DNA of 54,708 nucleotides from a virus (IMGVR_UViG_3300028178_000003:1-54708), one strand, 5' to 3'; shown: positions 28,780 through 38,198, numbered from the stretch's first letter. Numbers and translations are program-made. The notes: generated by a model from the letters alone, not told the origin.

Positions 28780-29865
28780 TTAAGTAGGATCTGCGCTATA
28801 TGTGTCTACTGCTACGACACCCCAGTCCTTACTGTTAAATCGAGTTTTCTTGATGCCGAAGATCGTACCGGCAGTGATTGCCAGAGCATTACCACGGTCA
28901 TCTTTATCTTCATTCCAGGAATACCGGTTAGGACCAGAATCCTGGCCATAGGCCATAAGACCAGCTTGGGCGCCCATGAAAAGAGCACGGGCCCCAGGAA
29001 GGTTAACACCGGCACCAACATCGTTATGTCGAATTACATTACGATGTTTATGCAGGATAACATCCGCGTATTCACCAAGTTTACCGGTATACAATTTGGA
29101 TGCCTCACCACGACCCATGTCGGTCGTTTTGGTGATATCCAACCAGTCATTGGTAGTCGTCGATGTCCGAAGATCAAAAGCCTGGAAAGTATGCATAAGC
29201 AATACAAATTTCTTTGTACCGCCGATCATAAAAGGCTGCATCATCGGGTCCGTGGTCTCGGCCTTAGCGACGAGTTTCTCGACTAAGGAGAGTTCGAATT
29301 TGTCAGTGTTGGTGATGTTATTGTATGCGGTAGCCGTTCCACCATATACAAGATGTCCAACGTCGGGCACGGTAAGGGCGTTATTTGCACGGCCGGTCCA
29401 GGTGGTTGGATTATGCATGGTACTTTCACCACGGCAACCGGAAAGATAACAGAAAATTTCCTCGTCCATTTCTTCTGCCCACCATACCGCAAGAGCATCA
29501 CGACCTTTGGCACGAAGATCATAGGGAACACGCTGTTCAGACATCTTACCCTTTGACTTCGTGGACTTTCTGAGTTGGTCGATAAACAAATAGTCACTCC
29601 AGAAAGTAAGGGCTTCTTCACCGGTTGCATGACCCTCGATAATAGCATCACCCTCGATACCAGCTTCAACCAGTTTCATCTGCAGACCGATAGTGACTTT
29701 TTCACCGGCACCTTTATTGAGTTCATTCTGCAGGGTGATGAGATCCTCCGGGGACGTGCCAATAAATGGCGCAAAATACTGTTTCTTCGCGGCTTCTACC
29801 GCAAGCGAAGTGGACCAACGTTGAATTGCTAACGCATGTCCTAATGCAAAATCTGTCATAGCCAT
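28780..29865 (-). CDS. Major capsid protein (N4-gp56/DUF4043-like)
   Basis: 361 aa: ELNKGAGEKV...EEAL...IDQLR...MSEQRVPYDLR...LFMGAQA...GIKKTRFNSKDWGV; follows portal and scaffold. Confidence 0.85.
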   Translation of the reverse strand: MAMTDFALGHALAIQRWSTSLAVEAAKKQYFAPFIGTSPEDLITLQNELNKGAGEKVTIGLQMKLVEAGIEGDAIIEGHATGEEALTFWSDYLFIDQLRKSTKSKGKMSEQRVPYDLRAKGRDALAVWWAEEMDEEIFCYLSGCRGESTMHNPTTWTGRANNALTVPDVGHLVYGGTATAYNNITNTDKFELSLVEKLVAKAETTDPMMQPFMIGGTKKFVLLMHTFQAFDLRTSTTTNDWLDITKTTDMGRGEASKLYTGKLGEYADVILHKHRNVIRHNDVGAGVNLPGARALFMGAQAGLMAYGQDSGPNRYSWNEDKDDRGNALAITAGTIFGIKKTRFNSKDWGVVAVDTYSADPT

Positions 29866-29877
29866 AATTCAAATCTC

Positions 29878-30885
29878 CTATTCGCCGGAGAGGTAAGCCT
29901 TTTGTTGAGCTGGAGTTAATTTCATATACTGTGCTTCTGATAAAACACCTTTAGACGCAGGTGTTTCAGAATCACTTGTTGGAATATCACTCAGCGATTT
30001 AAAAGACTTACCACCGGTTTTTATTTTCTTGAGGACTTCAGCCTCAATTGATTTTCGTAATGCGGTTTCGTCTACCGCGGATTTCGGGTCTTTTACAATT
30101 TTTCCTTGAAGCCCGGCGAGCATTTTAAGAATCGATGCGGCTTGTGTACCAAGATAAACTGGTTTAGTTTCGCCGGGTAAAATAATTTGGGTTTCAGGAT
30201 TTGTTAAATAAAACATATCTTTAGTAAAACCCACAGTTTCAGCAAACTCAGCAAGTATTTTTGGGGCTTCTGAGTCTTCGTCAAATAAAGTAGGCACTGC
30301 TTCTTCCATCAGTTTAACTGATTCACGAAATATAGCATCTACTTCTTGTTCACGCGCCTGAGAAATACGCTGTACATTCTCGTAGTCTCGTAATTCTGCC
30401 ATATACACCAATGCATCTCTAGGTGACTCATCTGACAGTTCGCGGAACTCTGCTGTAGTAAGAACCTTAAAATCCGTGCGTACCTCCGGAACAACCTCTG
30501 CAGGGGTTTTTACTTCCGGCGTAAGTACTTTCGCCTCAAGGGCTTTTATACGGTCTTTAAGTGCACGTGTCTCTTCTCTACTTTCTTTTAACGCGGCAAG
30601 TGGAACATAACCTTTAGGTGGTGGTTCGACCTTCGGAGGAGGTGTAGTCTCCGTATCTTCGGTCACCTCTGGTTTTACCTCTACCTCTTGGTCTGTTTTT
30701 CCTTCTGCCGTTCCTTCTTCTTTTCCTTCAACGTCTTTCTCTTCTGCTGTTTCGCCACGTAAATCATCCTCCGAAATTGCAGTTAATCCTTGGTCTATAA
30801 GGACATCAAAGACCGGGGTTTCTAACGTTTGTACTTCATTTGATGTTTCCGTCGTTTCTGACGATACTGGTGTTTCTTCGCTCAT
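29878..30885 (-). CDS. Capsid scaffolding protein
   Basis: Acidic N-terminus, VPLAALKESR motif, C-terminal YMKLTPAQQKAYL; lies between portal and capsid. Confidence 0.7.
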   Translation of the reverse strand: MSEETPVSSETTETSNEVQTLETPVFDVLIDQGLTAISEDDLRGETAEEKDVEGKEEGTAEGKTDQEVEVKPEVTEDTETTPPPKVEPPPKGYVPLAALKESREETRALKDRIKALEAKVLTPEVKTPAEVVPEVRTDFKVLTTAEFRELSDESPRDALVYMAELRDYENVQRISQAREQEVDAIFRESVKLMEEAVPTLFDEDSEAPKILAEFAETVGFTKDMFYLTNPETQIILPGETKPVYLGTQAASILKMLAGLQGKIVKDPKSAVDETALRKSIEAEVLKKIKTGGKSFKSLSDIPTSDSETPASKGVLSEAQYMKLTPAQQKAYLSGE

Positions 30886-30927
30886 TTAATTCTCCTTTTA
30901 ACGCCGCGTGGGCGAGGTTTACTTGTT

Positions 30928-31125
30928 TTACGCCCGCGAAGGGCGAGTTTCTGGAACTTTTTCAGACCAGTTAATCTGGTCATAGTTCTGCCGATAATTG
31001 CGGTCACCGGTTACGTCTTTATCACGATTCCAGCATCGAAAATTTCGGCCCACTGGAAGTTCTCGGTGACTACGAAAATGTTTCTCAGCTTTTGCTTCAA
31101 ATGCGGCTTCTTGGGCTGCGTTCAT
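30928..31125 (-). CDS. Small hypothetical protein
   Basis: 65 aa, ATGA overlap with the portal stop, YRQNYDQINW motif. Confidence 0.55.
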   Translation of the reverse strand: MNAAQEAAFEAKAEKHFRSHRELPVGRNFRCWNRDKDVTGDRNYRQNYDQINWSEKVPETRPSRA

Positions 31126-33134
31126 TTCTTTTTAGCCTCCGTCTTTTTATCGAATTTTGCCTGCATGAGTTCATGCCCAGCTACAAAACCCTCTTGATCA
31201 GCGCGCTGTTTCATAGCCTGAGCAGTTAACATCGCAGCTTGGCCCTCGTTGTGTGCTTTAGATGCCGCTGCTTGAGTTTTCTGCATTTCAAGATCTTGCA
31301 TCTGTTGTTGACGTTGTCGGTCTTCTGCAGACATAGCTTGTTTTTGGTCCATTATCTGGCGTTGTTTTTCTTTACGCTGATCCGTAGTAAGGTCTTCATC
31401 AGCTGGTGCCATGCCTGTAGCTTCTCTTATCTGCGCTAAAATACGTTCTTTCTCAGGTATATCGGAAATCTCAAAAGCGACATTTAACAAGGGGGCCACA
31501 GCTTCTGGTGGGGCCTTGTTAATTGCAGAGAATAACAAGTCCATGTTCTTCTCGCGCATCGTGTCCGTGATCTCTTTAGTGGCAATTACTAAATCAAATC
31601 GACCTTGGGTTAAATCGTTTTTAATAGTATATGCACCAGTATCTGCGTCGTGAATACGTGTATTTATTTCAACAAATTTCTCAACACCCGAAAGTCGGTC
31701 AATAACTCGCATTACTTTTTGTTCGGTCCAGGAATCCTGGATAAGGCACATGATTTTTTCACCCATAATCTTTTGAGACTGATTCGCGTTTTCAAGAAGC
31801 GATAAAGTCATTGTAGAACTAAGTAATACTTTTTTATCAAGTGCAGTACCTGATTGTGCAGGCGTATTCATACCCATTGCTTCATCATTAACACCGACTA
31901 TTTCTTTTATCTCCTGTTCGGATTGTTGCATCATAGAAATCTGAGGTGCGGCCAGAGAGGCCATATCCTCTATTTTAATTTTTTCTAATGCACCTTTATT
32001 TACGACTATAAAACTGTCTAGTCTATTTGCTTCATCCTGTACCACGTTAAGGTCTTCTGCGGCACCTGTTTCTACAGTTGTTCTACGACTGCCGATAAGT
32101 GCCAGACCCATAGACCGGCGTTTATTGACTTCCATATTCTGTTCTTTGACTTGCCGTGGAATACCATAAGGAAAATTATATCGGTCAAGGTATCCGACGT
32201 AAGGTACAAAAGGGAAATCGTCATACGGAAAAGGTGTTGGAATATCCTGAAGTACCAGTTCACCTAAAAATGTCGTTACATACATACGCTTAACATGCGC
32301 CTTAACTAATTCTCGTGATGCTTGTACCATTTGAAACTGTTCGCTTAACGGGGCATTATCCATGTCAAGAACACGGCCGTCGGGTAATACAGCAAACCAT
32401 CTTGGTTCGACATTTGTATACCACATTTCCACTGGTCGTACTCTGGAACGTTCTGAATTAACCCAACGGCCGGAGGAGAGAAAATTTTTGTAGTCCTCAA
32501 TCTCTGTAGCTGCATCGTATACATAAGGTGCTGACATACTGTCAGTCATAGACCTAAATTGTTCTCGTAATTCTCTTTCAAACTCTGGAAAAGCTCCAAT
32601 TAAATTTTCAATATCTTTCCATTCGGCGGTAAAAGCATAACGTGTATTATTGATATTAAGCCAAGGAGTTCCGTATGGGTCCCACCAAAATGAATGCCAC
32701 GGTAATTCACGTAGCATGACTTTTTCTTTTCGTGGATCCGAATTATACCCGACATATATGTCTCCATAACCGACGGATATTTCACTTTCATATGCACTTC
32801 GTTGAATCATTGTACCTTGGTTCTGGTCCACAACAAATGCAATTGCTTCAGACATTACCTGCGATATTTCGTGATCCTCTTTTGTACGTCCTTTTGCGAT
32901 AATATCTTTACGTGCACGAATATAATTTCCGTGAGCCATATTTAGAATCGGAAAAATTCTATTAATGGTCAATGGATTAATATTCTTATCACTGAGTTTA
33001 GAAAAATCTATTTCATTCCAATGAACACCATCCTTAAACTCGGCGTCTTCCCAGCTTTCTTTACGCCAACCTGAATGCCCGAGCATCGCTTCGCAGACCC
33101 AGTTAAGATGTGTTTTAATATCAGGTTTAGGCAT
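31122..33134 (-). CDS. Portal protein (P22-like)
   Basis: 670 aa: F.DG.HW...PLTINRI...PFVPY...Q.EVNKRRS...SG.A...DLTQGRFD; glutamine-rich C-terminal helix; follows the terminase. Confidence 0.85.
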   Translation of the reverse strand: MPKPDIKTHLNWVCEAMLGHSGWRKESWEDAEFKDGVHWNEIDFSKLSDKNINPLTINRIFPILNMAHGNYIRARKDIIAKGRTKEDHEISQVMSEAIAFVVDQNQGTMIQRSAYESEISVGYGDIYVGYNSDPRKEKVMLRELPWHSFWWDPYGTPWLNINNTRYAFTAEWKDIENLIGAFPEFERELREQFRSMTDSMSAPYVYDAATEIEDYKNFLSSGRWVNSERSRVRPVEMWYTNVEPRWFAVLPDGRVLDMDNAPLSEQFQMVQASRELVKAHVKRMYVTTFLGELVLQDIPTPFPYDDFPFVPYVGYLDRYNFPYGIPRQVKEQNMEVNKRRSMGLALIGSRRTTVETGAAEDLNVVQDEANRLDSFIVVNKGALEKIKIEDMASLAAPQISMMQQSEQEIKEIVGVNDEAMGMNTPAQSGTALDKKVLLSSTMTLSLLENANQSQKIMGEKIMCLIQDSWTEQKVMRVIDRLSGVEKFVEINTRIHDADTGAYTIKNDLTQGRFDLVIATKEITDTMREKNMDLLFSAINKAPPEAVAPLLNVAFEISDIPEKERILAQIREATGMAPADEDLTTDQRKEKQRQIMDQKQAMSAEDRQRQQQMQDLEMQKTQAAASKAHNEGQAAMLTAQAMKQRADQEGFVAGHELMQAKFDKKTEAKKK

Positions 33135-34568
33135 TTAACGTCCCCACCGTGAAGTATCTTTTGGTCGTTTATATGGCTTACTAACGCCGACGTCTCCACG
33201 GAAATACATCATGAGATACTGGAGTGCATCATGTGGATGCGAGTAAAGATTTTTATCCGGTACGTTCATATATTTCTCTTCACCTATAACCTGGATTCGT
33301 CTAAATTTATAACCGCCATTAAAACCTTTACGCACTTGGTGACACCTGGAGTGCAACTGAAATGCTGGCTTATCTCCTGCCATAAGTCGCAAATAAAAAC
33401 GAACGGATTCAATCCGCATCGTGAGGTCATTTGTATTACCCGGTTCGACTTCGATACCAAGGTCACTCAATTCTTTAAACACCGTCTTTTCGTCAGTGTC
33501 AGCTCGTTTATTCCCAGACGGGTCACCAATCCAGGTTATACGGGAAGCCTTCGAAAAATGTTTAAGTACAAAAGGCCGAATGACCAGAGAGTAGAACTGA
33601 TTTATACCCATTCCGTCGCTGGTCAATTCCGCTAGAATATTTACGCCACCTCTTGCTGTTTGCTGGCCAAAGACTGCAGCCGGGGTCAATCCGAAGTCCA
33701 GTCCTACTGCCAAGGGTTCGTCTTCCATAAAGAGAATGGAGTCATTGATGTGCATTCCATCGTTGTACTGCTCTTTGTAAACGGCTTTGCCATCACTGAC
33801 TGACCCATACTTATTCCCAAGATTGACTTTAATCCATTCCTCTTCCTTACCCTCGAGACCGGCCTCGTAGTAGTCATCCGGAAGATTCAATATATTTTCA
33901 GCATTTGGATTAATCACCCAGGCTCCGTCTATTCCTTTAAGAACTCCACCTGGTTGGGTGAAGAATGACCAATTCTTTGGTTTAGTTTCTTGCGCTAACT
34001 CGTATAAATAATGATCCTGATCTACCTGGTTAGTATCGCCGATCATCCCATGCCAACTTGGGCCACCGTCCATCTTTGAAGGATACCTACCATGCCTTAA
34101 ATCACACATATCAATAACTGACTTAGGTAATTCTTTAATCTCGTTTAACCAAAACCCTGTGGCTTGGGCCCCTCTTAACTTCTTGATCGCTTGCGGTCTG
34201 TCAAGGGCGAGAAAGATGAACTCGGAATCAACCAATGTTCTATCCGGCAATAAAAACCGCAATTTATGACTGGGTGGCTCGATGCCCCCTCCCTTATACC
34301 TCCCCAATTCTCCGAAGAGGTCCATCCAATCTTTTACCGTAGTACCAAGTAGATCAGGATAAGTGTTCCGGATCGCATAAAATCTCGTCTTGCGAATCCG
34401 TTGTGAATTTGGTTTTTGTGTTCGCATCCAGTAGAAGATTTTCTCGCAGGATGTGAACGTTTTACCACTACCAAGTGGACCAGTAATAATTGCTACACGG
34501 TCCTGGCAGTGGTAATAATCATCAAGAACTCGGTCTTGACCGTGGTCACAGATAAGTTCAAATCGCAC
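33135..34568 (-). CDS. terL: Terminase large subunit
   Basis: Walker A GPLGSGKT, Walker B-like FWLNE, GDTN coupling motif, nuclease motifs GLDFG, GDPSG and SHPHDALQY. Confidence 0.92.
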   Translation of the reverse strand: MRFELICDHGQDRVLDDYYHCQDRVAIITGPLGSGKTFTSCEKIFYWMRTQKPNSQRIRKTRFYAIRNTYPDLLGTTVKDWMDLFGELGRYKGGGIEPPSHKLRFLLPDRTLVDSEFIFLALDRPQAIKKLRGAQATGFWLNEIKELPKSVIDMCDLRHGRYPSKMDGGPSWHGMIGDTNQVDQDHYLYELAQETKPKNWSFFTQPGGVLKGIDGAWVINPNAENILNLPDDYYEAGLEGKEEEWIKVNLGNKYGSVSDGKAVYKEQYNDGMHINDSILFMEDEPLAVGLDFGLTPAAVFGQQTARGGVNILAELTSDGMGINQFYSLVIRPFVLKHFSKASRITWIGDPSGNKRADTDEKTVFKELSDLGIEVEPGNTNDLTMRIESVRFYLRLMAGDKPAFQLHSRCHQVRKGFNGGYKFRRIQVIGEEKYMNVPDKNLYSHPHDALQYLMMYFRGDVGVSKPYKRPKDTSRWGR

Positions 34569-34570
34569 AA

Positions 34571-35056
34571 CTAGATAGCCCTCCCTGACAGGTCCTTGAT
34601 CACGACCGTCGGTAAGCCCATCTCGTCCACACCAAAAGACGCACTCGCAGCACTCGCACTCTTTTGCATGTCTTTCCAGAGGGACGAGAGCGCCTTGACC
34701 GTCGCGATCCCAACTTGCGGGTCGACGAGATCCAGTACCTCGTTAGCCTTACTGACGAGTCCGGCCTCAAGTTCCAAATAACGGGTGGCCAGTAAGACAT
34801 CTTTTGCGAGGGAGTAAGCGTAGAGGCGTTTGCGGGTTTTCTCAATGAAACGGTCAGAGGTTAGTTTAAAGGCGTCTTCACCTTCAGCTATCTCTATAGG
34901 AGGTTCTTCGTCATCTGGCCATACGGGAGTCCAGCCTTTACGGTCAATCTCGTCCTGAACTGCGGAGATGGGGAGATTAGTTGCGCGAGCTATAGACTCA
35001 GCTGACACGTTAAGTATCTCATATTGAAGCCGCAGGAGTTCTAAATCAATCGCCAT
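34571..35056 (-). CDS. Probable terminase small subunit
   Basis: 161 aa with an N-terminal HTH-like segment, immediately upstream of terL. Confidence 0.6.
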   Translation of the reverse strand: MAIDLELLRLQYEILNVSAESIARATNLPISAVQDEIDRKGWTPVWPDDEEPPIEIAEGEDAFKLTSDRFIEKTRKRLYAYSLAKDVLLATRYLELEAGLVSKANEVLDLVDPQVGIATVKALSSLWKDMQKSASAASASFGVDEMGLPTVVIKDLSGRAI

Positions 35057-35092
35057 AACCAGAGAGGCCTTCGTCTAAATAATTTTCCAGTA

Positions 35093-35120
35093 CTACGCGG
35101 ACTGACAAGGGTCCGCGTAG
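35093..35120. other. 10-bp stem hairpin in the leader of the late operon
   Basis: CTACGCGGAC...GTCCGCGTAG. Confidence 0.5.
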
Positions 35121-35194
35121 CATCACCGGAGGAGAACAACATGCATAACTATAATCGAAGCCGCGGAGAAACTAAGCTGACTTCATTTTGCTTT

Positions 35195-35232
35195 ATAATA
35201 GCATAGTAAAACGAAAAAGTAAACAAGAAAAT
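35195..35232 (-). promoter_or_regulatory. Promoter for the terminase/structural operon
   Basis: Minus strand TG-TTTACT-17 nt-TATTAT with TG extension; a variant of the conserved promoter. Confidence 0.6.
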
Positions 35233-35389
35233 GAGGCAGGGCTGAGATAAAATACAGTAAACGATAAAGTGTAAATACAAGTCAAATATTAGAACTTTTA
35301 TGCGAAAGTTGTCTTGAAAATCGATCAGAGCAATCTTGAATCGTCGTTTTTGAGCCTTTTAGAGTTCAAGTAGGTATTAATAAAGGCTA

Positions 35390-35431
35390 TTTACTCTTTT
35401 TGAAGACGAGTCACTACGTCATTTGGTGTAA
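35390..35431 (+). repeat. 42-bp dispersed element, copy 3
   Basis: TTTACTCTTTTTGAAGACGAGTCACTACGTCATTTGGTGTAA. Confidence 0.8.
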
Positions 35432-35473
35432 ATTTATATAAAACGGGGACCAGATAATTCAAGAAGAGTAAAC

Positions 35474-35719
35474 TGTGTTCAAATGACTTACAGTTTTGTG
35501 GATTATAGTAAAAATCAATTGTGTTCAAACGACTTATAGTTTTGTGGATTTTGTGCTTCAAAAAGAATTATAGTAAAAATCAATTGTGTTCAAACGACTT
35601 ATAGTTTTGTGGATTTTGTGCTTCAAAAAGAGTAAATTGTGTTCAAACGACTTATAGTTTTGTGGATTTTGTGCTTCAAAAAGAGTAAATTGTGTTCAAA
35701 CGACTTATAGTTTTGTGGA
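35474..35719. repeat. Five direct 29-bp repeats (iteron-like)
   Basis: TGTGTTCAAACGACTTATAGTTTTGTGGA at 35474 (2 mismatches), 35520, 35585, 35638 and 35691; the intervening segments are themselves repeated. Confidence 0.9.
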
Positions 35720-35774
35720 AAACGGTTGAAAGGAGTCTGGGCACTTTGACTGGTCTGCTATACACCCCTTCGTG

Positions 35775-35950
35775 TATAAAAAATTTTTGAATTATTATAT
35801 GAGTAATATTCATTTTTAAATATATGATTTTATTAAATAAAAAATAATTGTATATTTTTTTAAAAAAATTTTATATAATTATTTCAAATTAAATATGAAG
35901 ATTAATTTATTATAATATATTATAATAAAAAGATCTTGATATTTAACTAT
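35775..35950. other. Extremely AT-rich tract, containing a degenerate promoter copy (TATAAT at 35874)
   Basis: Almost no G or C over about 175 bp, next to the repeats. Confidence 0.75.
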
Positions 35951-36015
35951 GTGTGCATGACGCACATGTAGATGTGTGCACGGCACATCCCGTGCAGTAG
36001 AACCGGAGGGTCATC

Positions 36016-36411
36016 ATGGCAAGTATCAAAGATCTGCAGAAACAGGTAGAGGAACTCACGGCGCAATTGGCTGTGGCTCGAGAAGTTAAACCCGCAGTTA
36101 TAGTTGTAGAGAAAGCCGGCAAAAAGGCTCAGGCTCTGCAACTACTGATGTCCCATGAATCGCTGAAGTCACAGCGGTTTGCGGATTTGCTCGGCATCAA
36201 AGTGCGCAATATGCAGAGTGTTGTGCACTACCTGAGAGACGATGGTTGGAGCATCTCTGAGGGTGGAGTGTACAGGCTGCAAGTTAATCAGAAACTGGTT
36301 GACTTTGTACACAACAATGCAAGCTGCGCAGAGTTTCTGCGAAACAGGGTGGGTGAGTATGAAGCGATACTCGCTTACAGAGCAACCAAGTCTGCACCGG
36401 TTGCTGAGTAA
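36016..36411 (+). CDS. Winged-HTH DNA-binding protein
   Basis: GGAGG RBS; KKAQALQLL...ADLLGIKVRNMQSVVHYLRDDGWSI. Confidence 0.65.
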   Translation: MASIKDLQKQVEELTAQLAVAREVKPAVIVVEKAGKKAQALQLLMSHESLKSQRFADLLGIKVRNMQSVVHYLRDDGWSISEGGVYRLQVNQKLVDFVHNNASCAEFLRNRVGEYEAILAYRATKSAPVAE

Positions 36412-36418
36412 ATAACAC

Positions 36419-36500
36419 AAGTGTGCATGTGAGAAATCACATGCACACTTTGTGATAGTATAACAGGGAGTCAGCCAAAACACTATCACACCCCGCGGGG
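36419..36500 (+). other. Structured element 1 (hairpin + GTGATAGT/ACTATCAC stem + CCCCGCGGGG)
   Basis: Perfect 14-bp stem with a GAAA loop at 36419-36450; same layout as 37214-37342. Confidence 0.6.
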
Positions 36501-36582
36501 CAGGACCCACACAACTAGTAGATAAGGCCCCGCAAGACCGAAGAGTTCGACCAGAGGGATCCGTCCAATTATAATTATATTT

Positions 36583-36636
36583 GCGGGAGAAATAAACATG
36601 TACTTTGCGTCGCAAATGTGATATAATATATTTATA
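36583..36636 (+). promoter_or_regulatory. Conserved phage promoter
   Basis: TGTACT (36599)-17 nt-TATAAT (36622)-ATATTTA. Confidence 0.7.
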
Positions 36637-36685
36637 AATGCGGTAGCTTCTACTGCATATCTTATTAAGCAGGGCTGGAGGAAAT

Positions 36686-37039
36686 ATGAAATTCACTGAA
36701 GCGTTGGCTGTAGAAGAACAGATCGTAGAAGCAGTGCAGCGAGGATGTAGCAGGCTGCGTGGAGAGATCACGAACTTGCAGAGGGCCTTACGTGACCTGA
36801 CAGATGATTATGCACGACTAAATGACCAGCACGACAGGATGGCGGACGCACGGGAATTGCTCATTCAATCCGCAGTTAATTGGTATGATGAGAGATACCC
36901 TGACCGCGGTGAACAGCTTAACACGGCTAGATGGTGTGATCTTTGGCAGAGCATCTCGCAGCCGCTGGAGATGGACGTACGAGCTGAGATGATTAAGCGA
37001 GGATGTAAGGTTGAACTGTGGCTTGGATTGGAGGAATAG
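36686..37039 (+). CDS. Hypothetical early protein
   Basis: 117 aa, GGAGG RBS, N-terminal coiled coil. Confidence 0.75.
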   Translation: MKFTEALAVEEQIVEAVQRGCSRLRGEITNLQRALRDLTDDYARLNDQHDRMADARELLIQSAVNWYDERYPDRGEQLNTARWCDLWQSISQPLEMDVRAEMIKRGCKVELWLGLEE

Positions 37040-37207
37040 ATGAATATAACTATACGTCAAAACGGACGGTGTTATGATTACCGTATTGTTGAAGAGAATG
37101 CTGACAAATGTAAAGGATGCACTGACGAAGTTAGGGTGTATACACCGAGCTTCGCGTATCCTTGCTGTAAGGACATGACGTGTTATAAGAATCTACCGCA
37201 CGATTAA
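37040..37207 (+). CDS. Small Cys-rich hypothetical protein (55 aa)
   Basis: Below the ORF-track cutoff. GGAGG RBS; MNITIRQNGRC...CKGC...CCKDMTC...HD. Confidence 0.55.
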   Translation: MNITIRQNGRCYDYRIVEENADKCKGCTDEVRVYTPSFAYPCCKDMTCYKNLPHD

Positions 37208-37213
37208 TGACAC

Positions 37214-37342
37214 CACGTGGTTGGGTAACCCAGCCACGTGTGATAGTGTTTCCCGTCAGGCCCTGGGCCGTTTCAGGCCCGAATTCCAGTTAATATAGTA
37301 GACTCAGCCCGCCCAAAACACTATCACTCCGGCCCCGCGGGG
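37214..37342 (+). other. Structured element 2
   Basis: 12-bp hairpin, then GTGATAGTGTTT pairing with AAACACTATCAC, then CCCCGCGGGG. Confidence 0.6.
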
Positions 37343-37516
37343 TTGGAAATAGCATGGCCAGAGAGCACCTGGCACGAGCAATTAGGCCCATCCCGGTCCC
37401 GCATATGCGCTAAATGCAGGACCGGGGTTGTGCTATGCTGAGCTTTTTCAAAAAAAGTAAATACTCTTTTTGATGAGATGCACAAAGGGCTCAGTACGGG
37501 TCCGGCACGACAAAGC

Positions 37517-38040
37517 TAACTATTTGATTTTATTAGCTTTTGCTATTCAGTCTTAGTATACCTTTGCACATGCGCAGCTGTTTTATAGCTAAAAAGACCT
37601 GGAGATAGGCTGCTGAGGCATCCGGATTTCGATACTAGTTTCAGGAAAGACCGGTCGTGCCGGATGCGTGCCAAGAAATGCTCATTCCAGCATATTTACT
37701 CTTTTCGTAACTATTTGATTTTATTAGACTTATTTTTGCCGCCGACCAGAGTGTAAATGAAGAATTTCGCTGATTTTTACAAATTTAGTAAGTTCATTTT
37801 AACCTAACTATTTGTTTTTATTATATATTATTATATCTTAATGAGCGGAATGGAAAAATGAAAAGGTATTGGAAAAGTATAGCTAGTCCCTAAATGTAAA
37901 TAAGTGTTGGAAAACGCTCATTCGTCTAGCTTTCATTCGTTTTGATCAAAAAAGCTAATAAAATCAAATAGTTATGACCAAAATGAACTCATTGGCCAAT
38001 TATTTCAACTAGTTATAACTATTTGATTTTATTAGCTTTT
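37517..38040. promoter_or_regulatory. Cluster of five IHF-consensus sites
   Basis: TAACTATTTGATT (reverse complement AATCAAATAGTTA, matching WATCAANNNNTTR) at 37517, 37708, 37805 (1 mismatch), 37962 (inverted) and 38016. Confidence 0.65.
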
Positions 38041-38075
38041 TATTCGAACCGGGACACCCAATTTTTTATTAATAT

Positions 38076-38130
38076 GCGGAAGAAATAATTGTTTACTTTT
38101 GCAGTGCTTTACGTTATAATATATTTAAAG
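38076..38130 (+). promoter_or_regulatory. Conserved phage promoter
   Basis: GAAATAATTG-TTTACT (38092)-17 nt-TATAAT (38115)-ATATTTAA. Confidence 0.8.
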
Positions 38131-38198
38131 ATTGTGAGAGGCATCAAGATTGTCTTGAAGTTCCCGCAATCATTAACACATTAAGCTGGAGGTCCAAC

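Noticed and set aside
5157-34845. Many antisense and alternative-frame ORFs within the structural arm
   Set aside because: They have no recognisable motifs and are shadows of long genes, unlike 51794-52369, which has both an RBS and family motifs.
35474-35719. CRISPR array
   Set aside because: The repeat length fits, but the spacers are 17-36 bp, not unique and built from shared modules; no cas operon is present.
36169-36771. Minus-strand 200-aa ORF
   Set aside because: It spans two plus-strand genes, a promoter and hairpins, and its sequence has no recognisable features.
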